From Balanoglossus misakiensis (lineage: Eukaryota > Animalia > Hemichordata), in assembly GCA_040954595.2 (NCBI GenBank), contig CM082597.2, positions 5,275,244 through 5,339,243 of the forward strand: a DNA stretch of 64,000 nt. The letters are read 5' to 3'. The notes beneath the pieces are model-generated. The model did not search any database and was not told the origin of the DNA. It was given only the letters and a program-made list of their open reading frames with translations. The position numbers were made by a program, and so were the translations under genes. This document shows, in pieces, positions 32,101-43,050 of this stretch (position 1 is the stretch's first letter; the number at the start of each line of letters is the position of its first letter).

Positions 32101-33078
32101 GACTACAGGCACCACCCCGCGGAAATGTCCCGGAATTCCTCCACGGCGTCCCGGACTCCCCAGAGCGCCCACTCGCAAAGCATGGGCCGGCAGGTGCGCG
32201 GCAACCAGCCGGAACCCGAGACTCGGAGTTCGCAGCCTGTCGGGCTGGACGCCACCGTGTGGCCGGCGTTTCCGCAGAGAAACACGAACCCGAACATTGG
32301 ACCCGAGTTGAACAACGCAACTTTTCTCGGCTTCGGGAATACGCCCTCGCACGGCAACTACAACATCAGCGGCGGTCAGCCGACTTCTTGTGCCACCACA
32401 GCGGACAATGCCAGCAACTTCATGCCGAGTTTTTCGCCGCCCAGACACTTGAGTGGACCGGATATGCCCACTTACTTCCCACCAGCATTGCCGAACCACA
32501 TCCTGACCAGCCCGCCCCAGCCTCCGAAACCAAACATCGGACGGGACGCTGAAATCAGCGCGCCGTTCAATCCGATGTTCACTCCGCCCAGACCCGCCGG
32601 CATCGGAATGAACTTCCAGCCCAACTTCCCCGTGTTCCAGGAACACCAGCCGCCGGGATTCAACATCGGGAAGAGCGCCTCCGGGATCGCTCCTCCGCCC
32701 ATCACGTCCGGCGTCACCGTGACGCCGCACGTTTCCAACTTCAACGTCAGCAACATCTTCCCGGAAATCACCGGCGCCGGGACCGGACCCCAGAGCGAGA
32801 ACATCGGCATGAACATCTCCACGTTGCGTCTCCACGGCAACCCTCCGATTAACCTCGACCCCGGGGTGCCCTCGCTGCATAACATGGGCAACAAACCGCC
32901 GCCGCCGCCGACCGGACAGCCCTTCTCCAACAGCGCAATGAGCATCAACAATTTACTGGGACCCAGTCACGGTGCTGACGACAGAGCTGGCATGAGGCTC
33001 GGCCTGAACACTACTCTAGGCACGCCGTTCCACTCATCAACGTTCAACAGTGGCATACCACCACTCAATCTGCCGTAA
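23165..33078 (+). CDS. USF3: USF3/KIAA2018-like bHLH transcription factor, ~2393 aa, with a very long low-complexity Q/S/P/T-rich C-terminus
   Basis: Exons 23165-23306, 24655-24751, 25371-25494, 26059-26155 and 26357-33078 join in frame (7182 nt). The bHLH HNAVERRRKNKINSGIMRIGSLIP..KNQILEHAAEYIVEL and the following coiled coil match the USF3 N-terminus, and the giant last exon is as in vertebrate USF3. The first two exons are less certain. Confidence 0.85.
24950..25183. mobile_element. MITE with TTAA target duplication in a USF3 intron
   Basis: TTAA-AGTGAAGGGGTCATCGC ... GCGATGACCACTTCCCT-TTAA imperfect TIRs around a GC-rich core. Confidence 0.7.
25540..25877. mobile_element. Foldback MITE with TTAA target duplication (Kolobok/T2-like AGGG ends), intact copy
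   Basis: TTAA-AGGGACAAAGTCTCTCTC...GAAAGACTTTCTCCCT-TTAA; arms are complementary over most of the length; related copies at 17944 and 35391. Confidence 0.85.
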
Positions 33079-34703
33079 AATCATCTAAACATCAAGTTAA
33101 AGCCCCATTCGCTGTAACTTTTCACTATGTTTTCAGTATTTATGTTTGGTGTATCTACTACAGTTTCTTGGTGAAATTCCTGAAGCATGATGAAATGACC
33201 AAAATTCAGCTTATCAATGCAACCTATGTGCATAATTCCAGACTAGAATTCATTTGTCCACAATAACAATGGCAGTAACACGCATGCTGGCTATGTTGAC
33301 AAGCGGGGTACTGGGGCATATTAGCAAGATTTTTGGAGTAGAGCAACAAATTACATTTGATACACAGTACAAAAATACTGGAAAAAGCCAAAAGTTACAG
33401 CTAATGTCCCTTTAACAATTGTCATATAAGATGTATTCCTCAATGGTGCTGTTTGATTGAACATAAGAGGAGAAATACTGCCTGGGGGTGTGACTGTGAA
33501 TGGCGCATGTACCCAGTACATGGGACGGCAATGGTGCATGAGAACAGTTTTCAAGTTGATTTGGTTAGACACTAAAACCAAACTGAACTCCTAAAGTAAC
33601 TTTCCAGCAAAATGGCATGTTTAGACTTTTACAAAAATTATACATGGACAAATTACAGCTGGTAGAAGTTCTAAGCGTGATGGAGTTCTGAATGGCACGT
33701 GTCCAGCCTTGAACATGAAGAGGTCTCTCGGGCACATGATTTGTTTTCCAGATAAGTTTCTGTTGAATTGCCTGGTACAGTGACTTGTGCTGTCAAACAG
33801 CCTCGAATCCTGTAAGACATTTTACCACCATTATTATTGCATACATGTATTCATTTAAAAAAATAATACATACTGTACCTGTAGGTTTAATATTCTAGAA
33901 AAACACTGACTTGCAATACTGTGGTGGTAAAATGTTAATGAATATTACTGTGTATGTATCCATGGTTACACTGTCCATCAGCCTTATTTGTTTCTTATAT
34001 TTGTGGAAAATATTTAGAAGGTGTAAATACATTTTTACACTAGTACTTAACCCATAGTATTTGCATGAAAACTCTGACGAGATATCTGCAGATAATTTAC
34101 GGCAAGAATTTTGCCATTGGAAAATTTATAGCCCCCACGGTCATTTCAGATCTGTTGTCTGTCGAAAAGTGACTGCGTTGCTACTGAAAAGACAAACATT
34201 GAAATGTTATTCAATTTACCGGTGCTGCCTGGGATGATGTTAACATGAAAGGATTTACGCAATTTTTATTCAAAAAAAGAGAAAAAAAAACTCCAACATG
34301 GGTGAAAAAAAGATGAAATTATTTATGGTCTTGTCAATCATGTTCAATCAATAACAAAACCACTTCCTCTCCTAGTTGATTGTCAGTGTTGTGTTAAAAC
34401 TGAAATTTTATTTTTCCATCTGTTGACTTGTCTTTTTAAAAGCTAAATGTATTATAGTATATTATGACAGTTACATAGTGTATATTGAGTGCGTATTTTG
34501 GCATTCATTTACTTTTGACTTTTATATTGAAAATGGAACTTTTACTCAAGAAATTCTTAATTTATACTCAATTGAAAAAAAAAATAATTTGTAAAGACAT
34601 GGGGTTTGATTTCCAAATTCCTGATTGACATGTGGATATTGTTGAATTCATTGTATAAATCAAAACAGTAACATTAAATATAATATGTAACTAGTTTGAC
34701 ATT

Positions 34704-34775
34704 ATGTGTATGTATGTATGTATGTATGTATGTATGCATGGATGCATGTATGCATGTATGTATGTATGTATGTAT
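34704..34775. repeat. (TATG)n microsatellite
   Basis: Direct reading of the sequence. Confidence 0.95.
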
Positions 34776-35390
34776 AGATTTGTTCAAATTTTGATATTTT
34801 TGTCATATGACCAAAACTTATTTTTTGGAATGCACGTCACATTTTTTTCCCTTGAAATGTCTAACAAGTGAAATGAAAAAAACAATATTGTCTTTGGAGA
34901 AAAGGATATTCTGTTACTCTTTCAGTTTCCATATGCATATTACAATATATATTTGCATATTTCACTTAACATTTGCATAAATGATAGACGATAGTGAAAG
35001 TTGCATTTCGCTTGTGTATACTTTGTAGCAAATGTGTGTCGGCCAAAATTTTAGTCCTGCCATGAACCCCTTTCCTACCGGGACCAAACTACGTGTACTA
35101 AGTCGCCCCAAAGCTTGCGCAGTGTGTCCACATTGGTTATTTTACGCCAGCCAAGGTCCAGCATCGGTTCTATACCAACATCAACTGTCCAGGCTGAACC
35201 CTATATGTGTGTGAGAACACAAAGTGACTCGAAGGATTAATCCTCTGTGTTTACAGATGGAACGCTTCTAGTTTCACCATAGACCCTTCGCTCCGAAGTC
35301 TGTGGTTTGCTGCGCGTGACCCTCACCAACTTGTGTCTACTCAAGGCCACCTTTTTACCCAGTATGAACGTGTCGATTTTGACATATTAA

Positions 35391-36603
35391 AGGGACAAAG
35401 TCTCTCTCTCGCTGGCCTTTTTCCATTAATTATGTTTGATACAAGACACTGTTTATGTTAATCTCGTTTGTAGAATATGAGAGTAAAAACTCGCCCAAAA
35501 TGAATAAATGGTAAAGAACGATTATTCATTTTGGCGAGTTTTTTCACTCTCCTGTCTATAAGAGGGATGGAAGGTGTGTGCAGTTGAACGTTCATTCACT
35601 ATATATCCACATGTAGAATAACAAACGGCGTCTTGTATCAAATATAATTACCGTATATTCTCACAAATAAGCGCCACTTTTTAACCATTTCAAATTTTGG
35701 TGGCGCCTAAACAAAGGCAAAAATGAGTCTTTCAAGAATCGGTGGCGCTTATTCATGGGTCGCCCTGTATACTGTACTGTACCCTGTTGATTCATATGCA
35801 AATGATTTGGGACGTTCCAATCAGTGTTCTCGTAATGGGGTGTCCGCAATGAATGAATGGCTGTTTCGAATTCATATGTAAAGTTTTAACATTTTCTATT
35901 CGAATACAGTCAGTTCAATGTATTGTCTAATAAATATTCCAGAAATAAAAAGTTGTCAATGAAGTGAATACTACGAGCAGCATTACAGTATGCTGGCTGA
36001 ACCATCAACAAAATCTACTGACGTATAGTGGTTTAGTCCAAGTGCGTCTTTGTCATGCTCTCACACATGTAAGGTCAGGCAAGGTTGCGTGAATACTCAC
36101 GTTGCGTGAATATTTATGAGAAAATTAATACCGCAAACATTCACAACTTGAAACTAGTCCTATTATTTCAAAGCCCTGGCCATATGGTCAAACTTGGGTG
36201 GTAGTGCCGGTAACGTTAGCGGCTGCCGATCGATCGACAGGAAAAAGACGAGTGTCTTTTGCAGTGAATAATAATTTACATAAATTAGGAGGTTGACATG
36301 TGCCCGATTTCATCTTGTAAATAAATAGCACATCAGCCCAAAGCATGCATTGTCTGCTCAGGTCAATTATTATTCACGCAGCAAGCCCCCGTTGATTTTG
36401 ACAAGACCTCTAAACAGGTGTTACCCCGGTAGTACTTGCCATGATTCACGTACGTCCACACCTCAAAAAAAAAAAAAAATCCTGGCGCTTAATTTTAAGT
36501 AAAAAGTAGCAAAGTCAGGTATCACTGGCGCCTAATCAAGGGTGGCGCTTATTTGTGAGAATATACGGTAATGGAAAAAAGGGCAGCGAGAGACTTTGTC
36601 CCT
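35391..36603. mobile_element. Copy of the TTAA foldback MITE interrupted by a nested element
   Basis: Left end AGGGACAAAGTCTCTCTCTCGCTGG at 35391; right end GGGCAGCGAGAGACTTTGTCCCT at 36603; split at 35650/36569. Confidence 0.85.
35651..36568. mobile_element. Non-autonomous Tc1/mariner-superfamily (Tc2/pogo-like) element, 918 bp, nested
   Basis: Perfect 27-bp TIR CCGTATATTCTCACAAATAAGCGCCAC with TA duplicated on both sides. The host sequence is continuous when it is removed (compare 25835-25850). Confidence 0.9.
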
Positions 36604-36820
36604 TTATTAAACTGCTCGCAGTAACGATTTATCGCTAGATATTAATCCTGATAAGTTTGTTAGTTTATGATAGTAACATGTTTGTTTATGACGTGGGACT
36701 GTGGACATTTCGTCAGTCCTTGTCGATTTTTATTTTAGAGTCAGCACTCGGCCAAACATCATCACCCGTCCGAAAAATAACCCACACTTAGTTTGGAAAC
36801 TGACGTGAAAAAGCAGCGCA

Positions 36821-37720
36821 ATGGCAAGACCGGACAACTTTGTCAAAGTCGATGGGTACACTTTGCCAGCGAAATTTGACGAAGAGAAGCTCCGAAACGG
36901 GACACTGCAGGGCTGGGAGTTTCGCGCCGACGACGCGATCATCGGGGGGTTCCCGAAGTCCGGCAACAACTGGCTGGTAAAGGTCGTGCAGTCTATGTAC
37001 AGTGACTGGGGGCTCTGCGAGTTCGGTGGGCGGAGGGAGCCCGTCTTAATCGACGAGCACCTGCTCACGCGGCCCATGAGTGCAGCACGCGGACTGGCGG
37101 TGGAGGCTACCGACGTGGGCAGGATCCCATCGCCGCGTTTGATGCGAACGCACTTGCCGGCCACGATGGTCCCCTTGCAGAAAATCAAAGCAAGCGGCGG
37201 GAAGATCATCTATGTCAGCCGCAACCCCAAAGACGTCTGCGTGTCTTACTTCCATTTCTTGAAGTCTTTCCAACACGGTGCTTTGTTCGCTGGCAACTGG
37301 GAGAAGGCCGTGCAGGCTTTCATACAGGACATGGTTCCCTTCGCACCCTGGTCTAAACACGTCATCGAATGGTTCAAATTTGGAGTTGACGACAACGTTC
37401 TGCATGTGACCTACGAGGAAATGAAGGAAGACCTAGCCAAAGTCATCCAGAAAATCGCCCGCTTCCTTGAACGTCCAATCAATGACGAAGACACACAACG
37501 AGTCGTTTCTGCTACAACTGTCGAAGCTATGAGTCGAGGTAACCCATTGGATGTAGTAGCTATGGATGACGAAGTGGTACCAAAGGGGCAAAATCCTTGG
37601 GTTCGGAAAGGAGTAGTTGGCGATTGGAAGAACCATTTTACCGTTGCACAAAATGAGCTGTTTGAGACTGAAATCGGCGAGAAATTGAGAGATGGCAACC
37701 CAGATATTCCGTATCAGTGA
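36821..37720 (+). CDS. Cytosolic-type sulfotransferase (Sulfotransfer_1), copy A, intronless
   Basis: 299-aa ORF with GFPKSGNNW (5'-PSB loop), PRLMRTHLP (catalytic His), YVSRNPKDVCVS (3'-PB), YEEMKEDL and RKGVVGDWKNHFTVAQNE. Confidence 0.93.
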   Translation: MARPDNFVKVDGYTLPAKFDEEKLRNGTLQGWEFRADDAIIGGFPKSGNNWLVKVVQSMYSDWGLCEFGGRREPVLIDEHLLTRPMSAARGLAVEATDVGRIPSPRLMRTHLPATMVPLQKIKASGGKIIYVSRNPKDVCVSYFHFLKSFQHGALFAGNWEKAVQAFIQDMVPFAPWSKHVIEWFKFGVDDNVLHVTYEEMKEDLAKVIQKIARFLERPINDEDTQRVVSATTVEAMSRGNPLDVVAMDDEVVPKGQNPWVRKGVVGDWKNHFTVAQNELFETEIGEKLRDGNPDIPYQ

Positions 37721-38270
37721 GAATGTTATCCAAATTAATATAAACCGGAAAATCACAAGTTTAGTTGAGAGACGAATAAGGATTCCTCACATACTTTAAA
37801 AATTAGCTAAGAATTGAAAGATTTGGAACAATATCATTCTCCTGAAAGGCTGTCCCCGAGGCGCATAAGCTCTTGGCGGTAAAAGCCAAACCCGTGTAAT
37901 TATGTGTCATTTTCCTACAGTGTTTAATAATGTACGATGGAACTCATTAATAAAGGATTTACATATCTGCCTTCTGACCAATATCAGCTGATTTGTATCG
38001 TTTGATTGATTAGGAAGTTTAGGGTGTCAATAGACCCGGCCAATCCCGTATCAGGGCCGTAAAGATTAATACCAATCGATTGTGTAATGTGCTGTGTTTG
38101 AGTTTCAAGAAAAACCTGGAGTTGCGCGTCCTTCTTTCTCTAGGGTCTATGGTTTGACCATAGACAGTCCCCCTGTTTTCTCTTTGTCTGTGGTTTGACA
38201 TACATTCTGCAAAACGTGCTGTGAATAGGCTGTTCGCGCTGTGTCGAACAAGTTCTGGGATAATCTTAGC

Positions 38271-39173
38271 ATGGAAAGTCCGGGCAATTTCTTCAAAGTG
38301 GACGGATACACTTTCGGTCGGCATTATGATCAAGAAAAACTGGAAAATGGTGGACTGCGTGGCTGTAACTTTCGGGAAGACGACGTGGTGATTTGTGGAT
38401 TTATGAAGTCTGGTAATACGTGGCTCATAAAAGTTGTACAGTCCATGTACAAAAACTGGGGGCTGTGTCTGTTTGGCGGGAAGAGTGAACCGACGTTCCT
38501 TGACGAACACTTTGCATTCAAAGTGCATTTCACTAAAATACGTCAACAAGTTGTAGAGTCTACCGATATCGACAAGATTCCGTCGCCGCGCTTGATGAGG
38601 TCTCACTTACCAGTCACTATGTTCCCCCTGCAAAAAATGAAAGAAAATGGAGCAAAAGTCATCTATGTCAGTCGGAATCCCAAAGATGTCTGCGTTTCGG
38701 CATTCCATTTTCTAAAGTCCTTTGGACATGGTGCTTTGTCAACAGGGAATTGGGATCAAACCGTTCAGTCTTTCATACAAGATATGGTTCCGTTCACACC
38801 ATGGTCTAAACATGTCATCGACTGGTTTAAACTTGGCGTTGACGACAATGTACTCCACGTTACCTACGAAGAAATGAAAGAAGACCTTCCAAAGGTCATC
38901 CAGAAAATAGCGCGTTTTCTGGAGCGACCTGTAACTGAAGAAGACGTCAAACGAGTGGTTAATTCTACCTCTTTTGAAGTTATGAGTCAAAGTGACCCAT
39001 TGGATATAATGTACGTGGATGACGATAGCATACCGAAAGCACAAAACCCCTGGGTTCGCAAAGGAGTTGTTGGTGATTGGAAAACACACTTTACCGTAGC
39101 ACAAAGCGAACTATTCGACTCTGTGATCGGGAGGAAAGTGAACGAGGCTGACTCAAACATTCCATATCAGTAA
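38271..39173 (+). CDS. Cytosolic-type sulfotransferase, copy B1, intronless
   Basis: ATG at 38271 aligns with paralog starts; GFMKSGNTW, RSHLP, RNPKDVCVS, RKGVVGDWK. Confidence 0.93.
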   Translation: MESPGNFFKVDGYTFGRHYDQEKLENGGLRGCNFREDDVVICGFMKSGNTWLIKVVQSMYKNWGLCLFGGKSEPTFLDEHFAFKVHFTKIRQQVVESTDIDKIPSPRLMRSHLPVTMFPLQKMKENGAKVIYVSRNPKDVCVSAFHFLKSFGHGALSTGNWDQTVQSFIQDMVPFTPWSKHVIDWFKLGVDDNVLHVTYEEMKEDLPKVIQKIARFLERPVTEEDVKRVVNSTSFEVMSQSDPLDIMYVDDDSIPKAQNPWVRKGVVGDWKTHFTVAQSELFDSVIGRKVNEADSNIPYQ

Positions 39174-40745
39174 CAGCTATTAACAGAATTGTGTATAGAT
39201 CTATACGTTTTGCCAGTGATATGAATAATACTTTTGACACAATGATATCGATTCAACACAGGCTTCAACTCATGAAACAGGGCCTTCATGCTTTGAGATA
39301 TATCTGTTCTTTGATATTACAAATTTGATATTACAACGCTTAAAAAGAAGAAAGAACGCGATGTACTCGTTTCCCTGGTGATTATTGATGTGACAATTCA
39401 CAGACTATTACATTTTGAGATTTTCAAGTGCAAGGTCTAGAAGATCAGGTTCGTTTCTCTTTGTCTGTGGTTTTGCAATTGCATTCAGCATATATCTTTT
39501 CCGGAAGAGGTATTGTCACAGTGTATTGTCTCACTGCAAGGACACCTATGCATAATAAACACCAGCTCTTGGCGTTAATAGCCAAACTTGTGTCCTTGTC
39601 TCATTTCCAATCAGAAAATGGTAACACCCACACCAAGGTGGGCGGAAGTTAGTCCTGGCGCTTTTTTCCCCATGATTCAAATTACAGTAAACGCCATATA
39701 GGAAATTCTGCCAACTTTCCCTCGATTTTGTAAAAAAAAATCGCGCGACTTAAACATGGCGAATATGTTTTTTGTTTGAAAGAGTGACCCCAAAGCTACC
39801 AAATTATGTAGAAATCAGCTGGACCGGATTTCCCCTGTAATAGTGTATGATGGAACTCAGAAAGGATTTTCAAATCTGCCTTGTGACCAGAATCAGCTGA
39901 TTCGTATCTTTTGGTTAGCTAAGAAGCTTAGTCGCGTGGTGTGTTAAAACCTTTGCATTGTGTTAAAATCTGTGACCAATGAAACTGCACACGCATGATA
40001 AGACAATGGGCCGTGGAAAAACACTACCCTGGACCAGGACACCTTTTTAGTGTAACTCAATTACTGCTTAAATAAAACATTACACTCAGACTGACTTTTT
40101 GTGTCTCACGAATCTTCATTCTTCGCTGACAGAGAAAACGCACACTGTTACAGTTCAAGCATCACCTACAGACACGAAACAATAGTCAGCACATTGTGAT
40201 TGTTGAACATTCACATGTTCCACGTGAATAGAGTGTGATGAATGTAAACAGTATTACATAATGCAATCTGCGTGTTTTATAACGAAATTCAGGAGGAGAG
40301 GCGAGCTCGTGGTGAATCTAGTCCCAATTGCAACACTGACTGCACGATAAACCGCCGCGGAAACTATATATATAGTCGTTGAGATTTAGTCTGAGCCTTA
40401 TTTCCTACAGTGTTTAATCATGTACGATGGAACTCATTAATAAAGGATTTACATATCTGCCTTCTGACCAATATCAGCTGATTTGTATCTTTTGATTGAT
40501 TAGGAAGTTTAGGGTGTCAATAGACCCGGCCAATCCCGTATCAGGGCCGTAAAGATTAATACCAATCGAGTGTGTAAGGTGCTGTGTTTGAGTTTCAAGC
40601 GTCATTCTTTCTCTAGGGTCTATGGTTTGACCATAGACAGTCCCCCCCTGTTTTCTCTTTGTCTGTGGTTTGACACACATTCTGCAAAACGTGCTGTGAA
40701 TAGGCTGTTCGCGCTGTGTCGAACAAGTTCTGGGATAATCTTAGC

Positions 40746-41648
40746 ATGGAAAGTCCGGGCAATTTCTTCAAAGTGGACGGATACACTTTCGGTCGGCATT
40801 ATGATCAAGAAAAACTGGAAAATGGTGGACTGCGTGGCTGTAACTTTCGGAAAGACGACGTGGTGATTTGTGGATTTATGAAGTCTGGTAATACGTGGCT
40901 CATAAAAGTTGTACAGTCCATGTACAAAAACTGGGGGCTGTGTCTGTTTGGCGGGAAGAGTGAACCGACGTTCCTTGACGAACACTTTGCATTCAAAGTG
41001 CATTTCACTAAAATACGTCAACAAGTTGTAGAGTCTACCGATATCGACAAGATTCCGTCGCCGCGCTTGATGAGGTCTCACTTACCAGTCACTATGTTCC
41101 CCCTGCAAAAAATGAAAGAAAATGGAGCAAAAGTCATCTATGTCAGTCGGAATCCCAAAGATGTCTGCGTTTCGGCATTCCATTTTCTAAAGTCCTTTGG
41201 ACATGGTGCTTTGTCAACAGGGAATTGGGATCAAACCGTTCAGTCTTTCATACAAGATATGGTTCCGTTGACACCATGGTCTAAACATGTCATCGACTGG
41301 TTTAAACTTGGCGTTGACGACAATGTACTCCACGTTACCTACGAAGAAATGAAAGAGGACCTTCCAAAGGTCATCCAGAAAATAGCGCGTTTTCTGGAGC
41401 GACCTGTAACTGAAGAAGACATCAAACGAGTGGTTAATTCTACCTCTTTTGAAGTTATGAGTCAAAGTGACCCATTGGATATAATGTACGTGGATGACGA
41501 TAGCATACCGAAAGCACAAAACCCCTGGGTTCGCAAAGGAGTTGTTGGTGATTGGAAAAATCACTTCACCGTTGCACAAAGCGAACTATTCGACTCTGTG
41601 ATCGGGAGGAAAGTGAACGAGGCTGACTCAAACATTCCATATCAGTAA
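40746..41648 (+). CDS. Cytosolic-type sulfotransferase, copy B2, near-identical tandem duplicate of B1
   Basis: Differs from B1 at 4 residues (E/K, F/L, V/I, T/N); all motifs intact. Confidence 0.9.
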   Translation: MESPGNFFKVDGYTFGRHYDQEKLENGGLRGCNFRKDDVVICGFMKSGNTWLIKVVQSMYKNWGLCLFGGKSEPTFLDEHFAFKVHFTKIRQQVVESTDIDKIPSPRLMRSHLPVTMFPLQKMKENGAKVIYVSRNPKDVCVSAFHFLKSFGHGALSTGNWDQTVQSFIQDMVPLTPWSKHVIDWFKLGVDDNVLHVTYEEMKEDLPKVIQKIARFLERPVTEEDIKRVVNSTSFEVMSQSDPLDIMYVDDDSIPKAQNPWVRKGVVGDWKNHFTVAQSELFDSVIGRKVNEADSNIPYQ

Positions 41649-43050
41649 CAGCTATTAACAGAATTGTGTATAGATCTATACGTTTTGCCAGTGATATGAA
41701 TAATACTTTTGACACAATGATATCGATTCAACACAGGCTTCAACTCATGAAACAGGGCCTTCATGCTTTGAGATATGTCTGTTCTTTGATATTACAAATT
41801 TGATATTACAACGCTTAAAAAGAAGAAAGAACGCGATGTACTCGTTTCCCTGGTGATTATTGATGTGACAATTCACAGACTATTACATTTTGAGATTTTC
41901 AAGTGCAAGGTCTAGAAGATCAGGTTCGTTTCTCTTTGTCTGTGGTTTTGCAATTGCATTCAGCATATATCTTTTCCGGAAGAGGTATTGTCACAGTGTA
42001 TTGTCTCACTGCAAGGACACCTATGCATAATAAACACCAGCTCTTGGCGTTAATAGCCAAACTTGTGTCATTGTCTCATTTCCAATCAGAAAATGGTAAC
42101 ACCCACACCAAGGTGGGCGGAAGTAAGTCCTGGCGCTTTTTTCCCCATGATTCAAATTACAGTAAACGCCATATAGGAAATTCTGCCAACTTTCCCTCGA
42201 TTTTGTAAAAAAAAATCGCGCGACTTAAACATGGCGAATATGTTTTTTGTTTGAAAGAGTGACCCCCAAAGCTACCAAATTATGTAGAAATCAGCTGGAC
42301 CAGATTTCCCCTGTAATAGTGTATGATGGAACTCAGAAAGGATTTTCAAATCAGCTGATTCGTATCTTTTGATTAGCTAAGAAGCTTAGTCGTGTGGTGT
42401 GTTAAAACCTTTGCATTGTGTTAAAAATCTGTGACCAATGAAACTGCACACGCATAATAAGACAATGGGCCGTGGAAAAACACTACCCTGGACCAGGACA
42501 CCTTTTTAGTGTAACTCAATTACTGCTTAAATAAAACATTACACTCAGACTGACTTTTTGTGTCTCACGTGTCTTCATTCTTCGCTGACAGAGAAAACGC
42601 ACACTGTTACAGTTCAAGCATCACCTACAGACACGAAACAATAGTCAGCACATTGTGATTGTTGAACATTCACATGTTCCACGTGAATAGAGTGTGATGA
42701 ATGTAAACAGTATTACATAATGCAATCTGCGTGTTTTATAACGAAATTCAGGAGGAGAGGCGAGCTCGTGGTGAATCTAGTCCCAATTGCAACACTGACT
42801 GCACGATAAACCGCCGCGGAAACTATATATATAGTCGTTGAGATTTAGTCTGAGCCTTATTTCCTACAGTGTTTAATCATGTACGATGGAACTCATTAAT
42901 AAAGGATTTACATATCTGCCTTCTGACCAATATCAGCTGATTTGTATCTTTTGATTGATTAGGAAGTTTAGGGTGTCAATAGACGGGGCCAATCCCGTAT
43001 CAGGGCCGTAAAGATTAATACCAATCGAGTGTGTAAGGTGCTGTGTTTGA

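Larger units (their letters stand above)
37911..43050 (+). repeat. Tandem segmental duplication, unit about 2.46-2.49 kb: two full units plus the start of a third
   Basis: TTTCCTACAGTGTTTAAT..TGTACGATGGAACTC recurs at ~37911, ~40401 and ~42860. Units 1 and 2 are near-identical throughout, including non-coding DNA. Confidence 0.93.

Noticed and set aside
26444-32951. Many long overlapping or antisense ORFs (e.g. 329 aa at 26658, 296 aa at 31990, 243 aa at 31112)
   Set aside because: They are shadows of the GC-rich, low-complexity USF3 exon, with no recognisable domains.
38241-38270. N-terminal extensions from GTG/TTG starts in the ORF track (also 40716, 46617, 48208, 52325, 56645)
   Set aside because: In a eukaryotic context the aligned ATG starts give uniform ~300-aa proteins.
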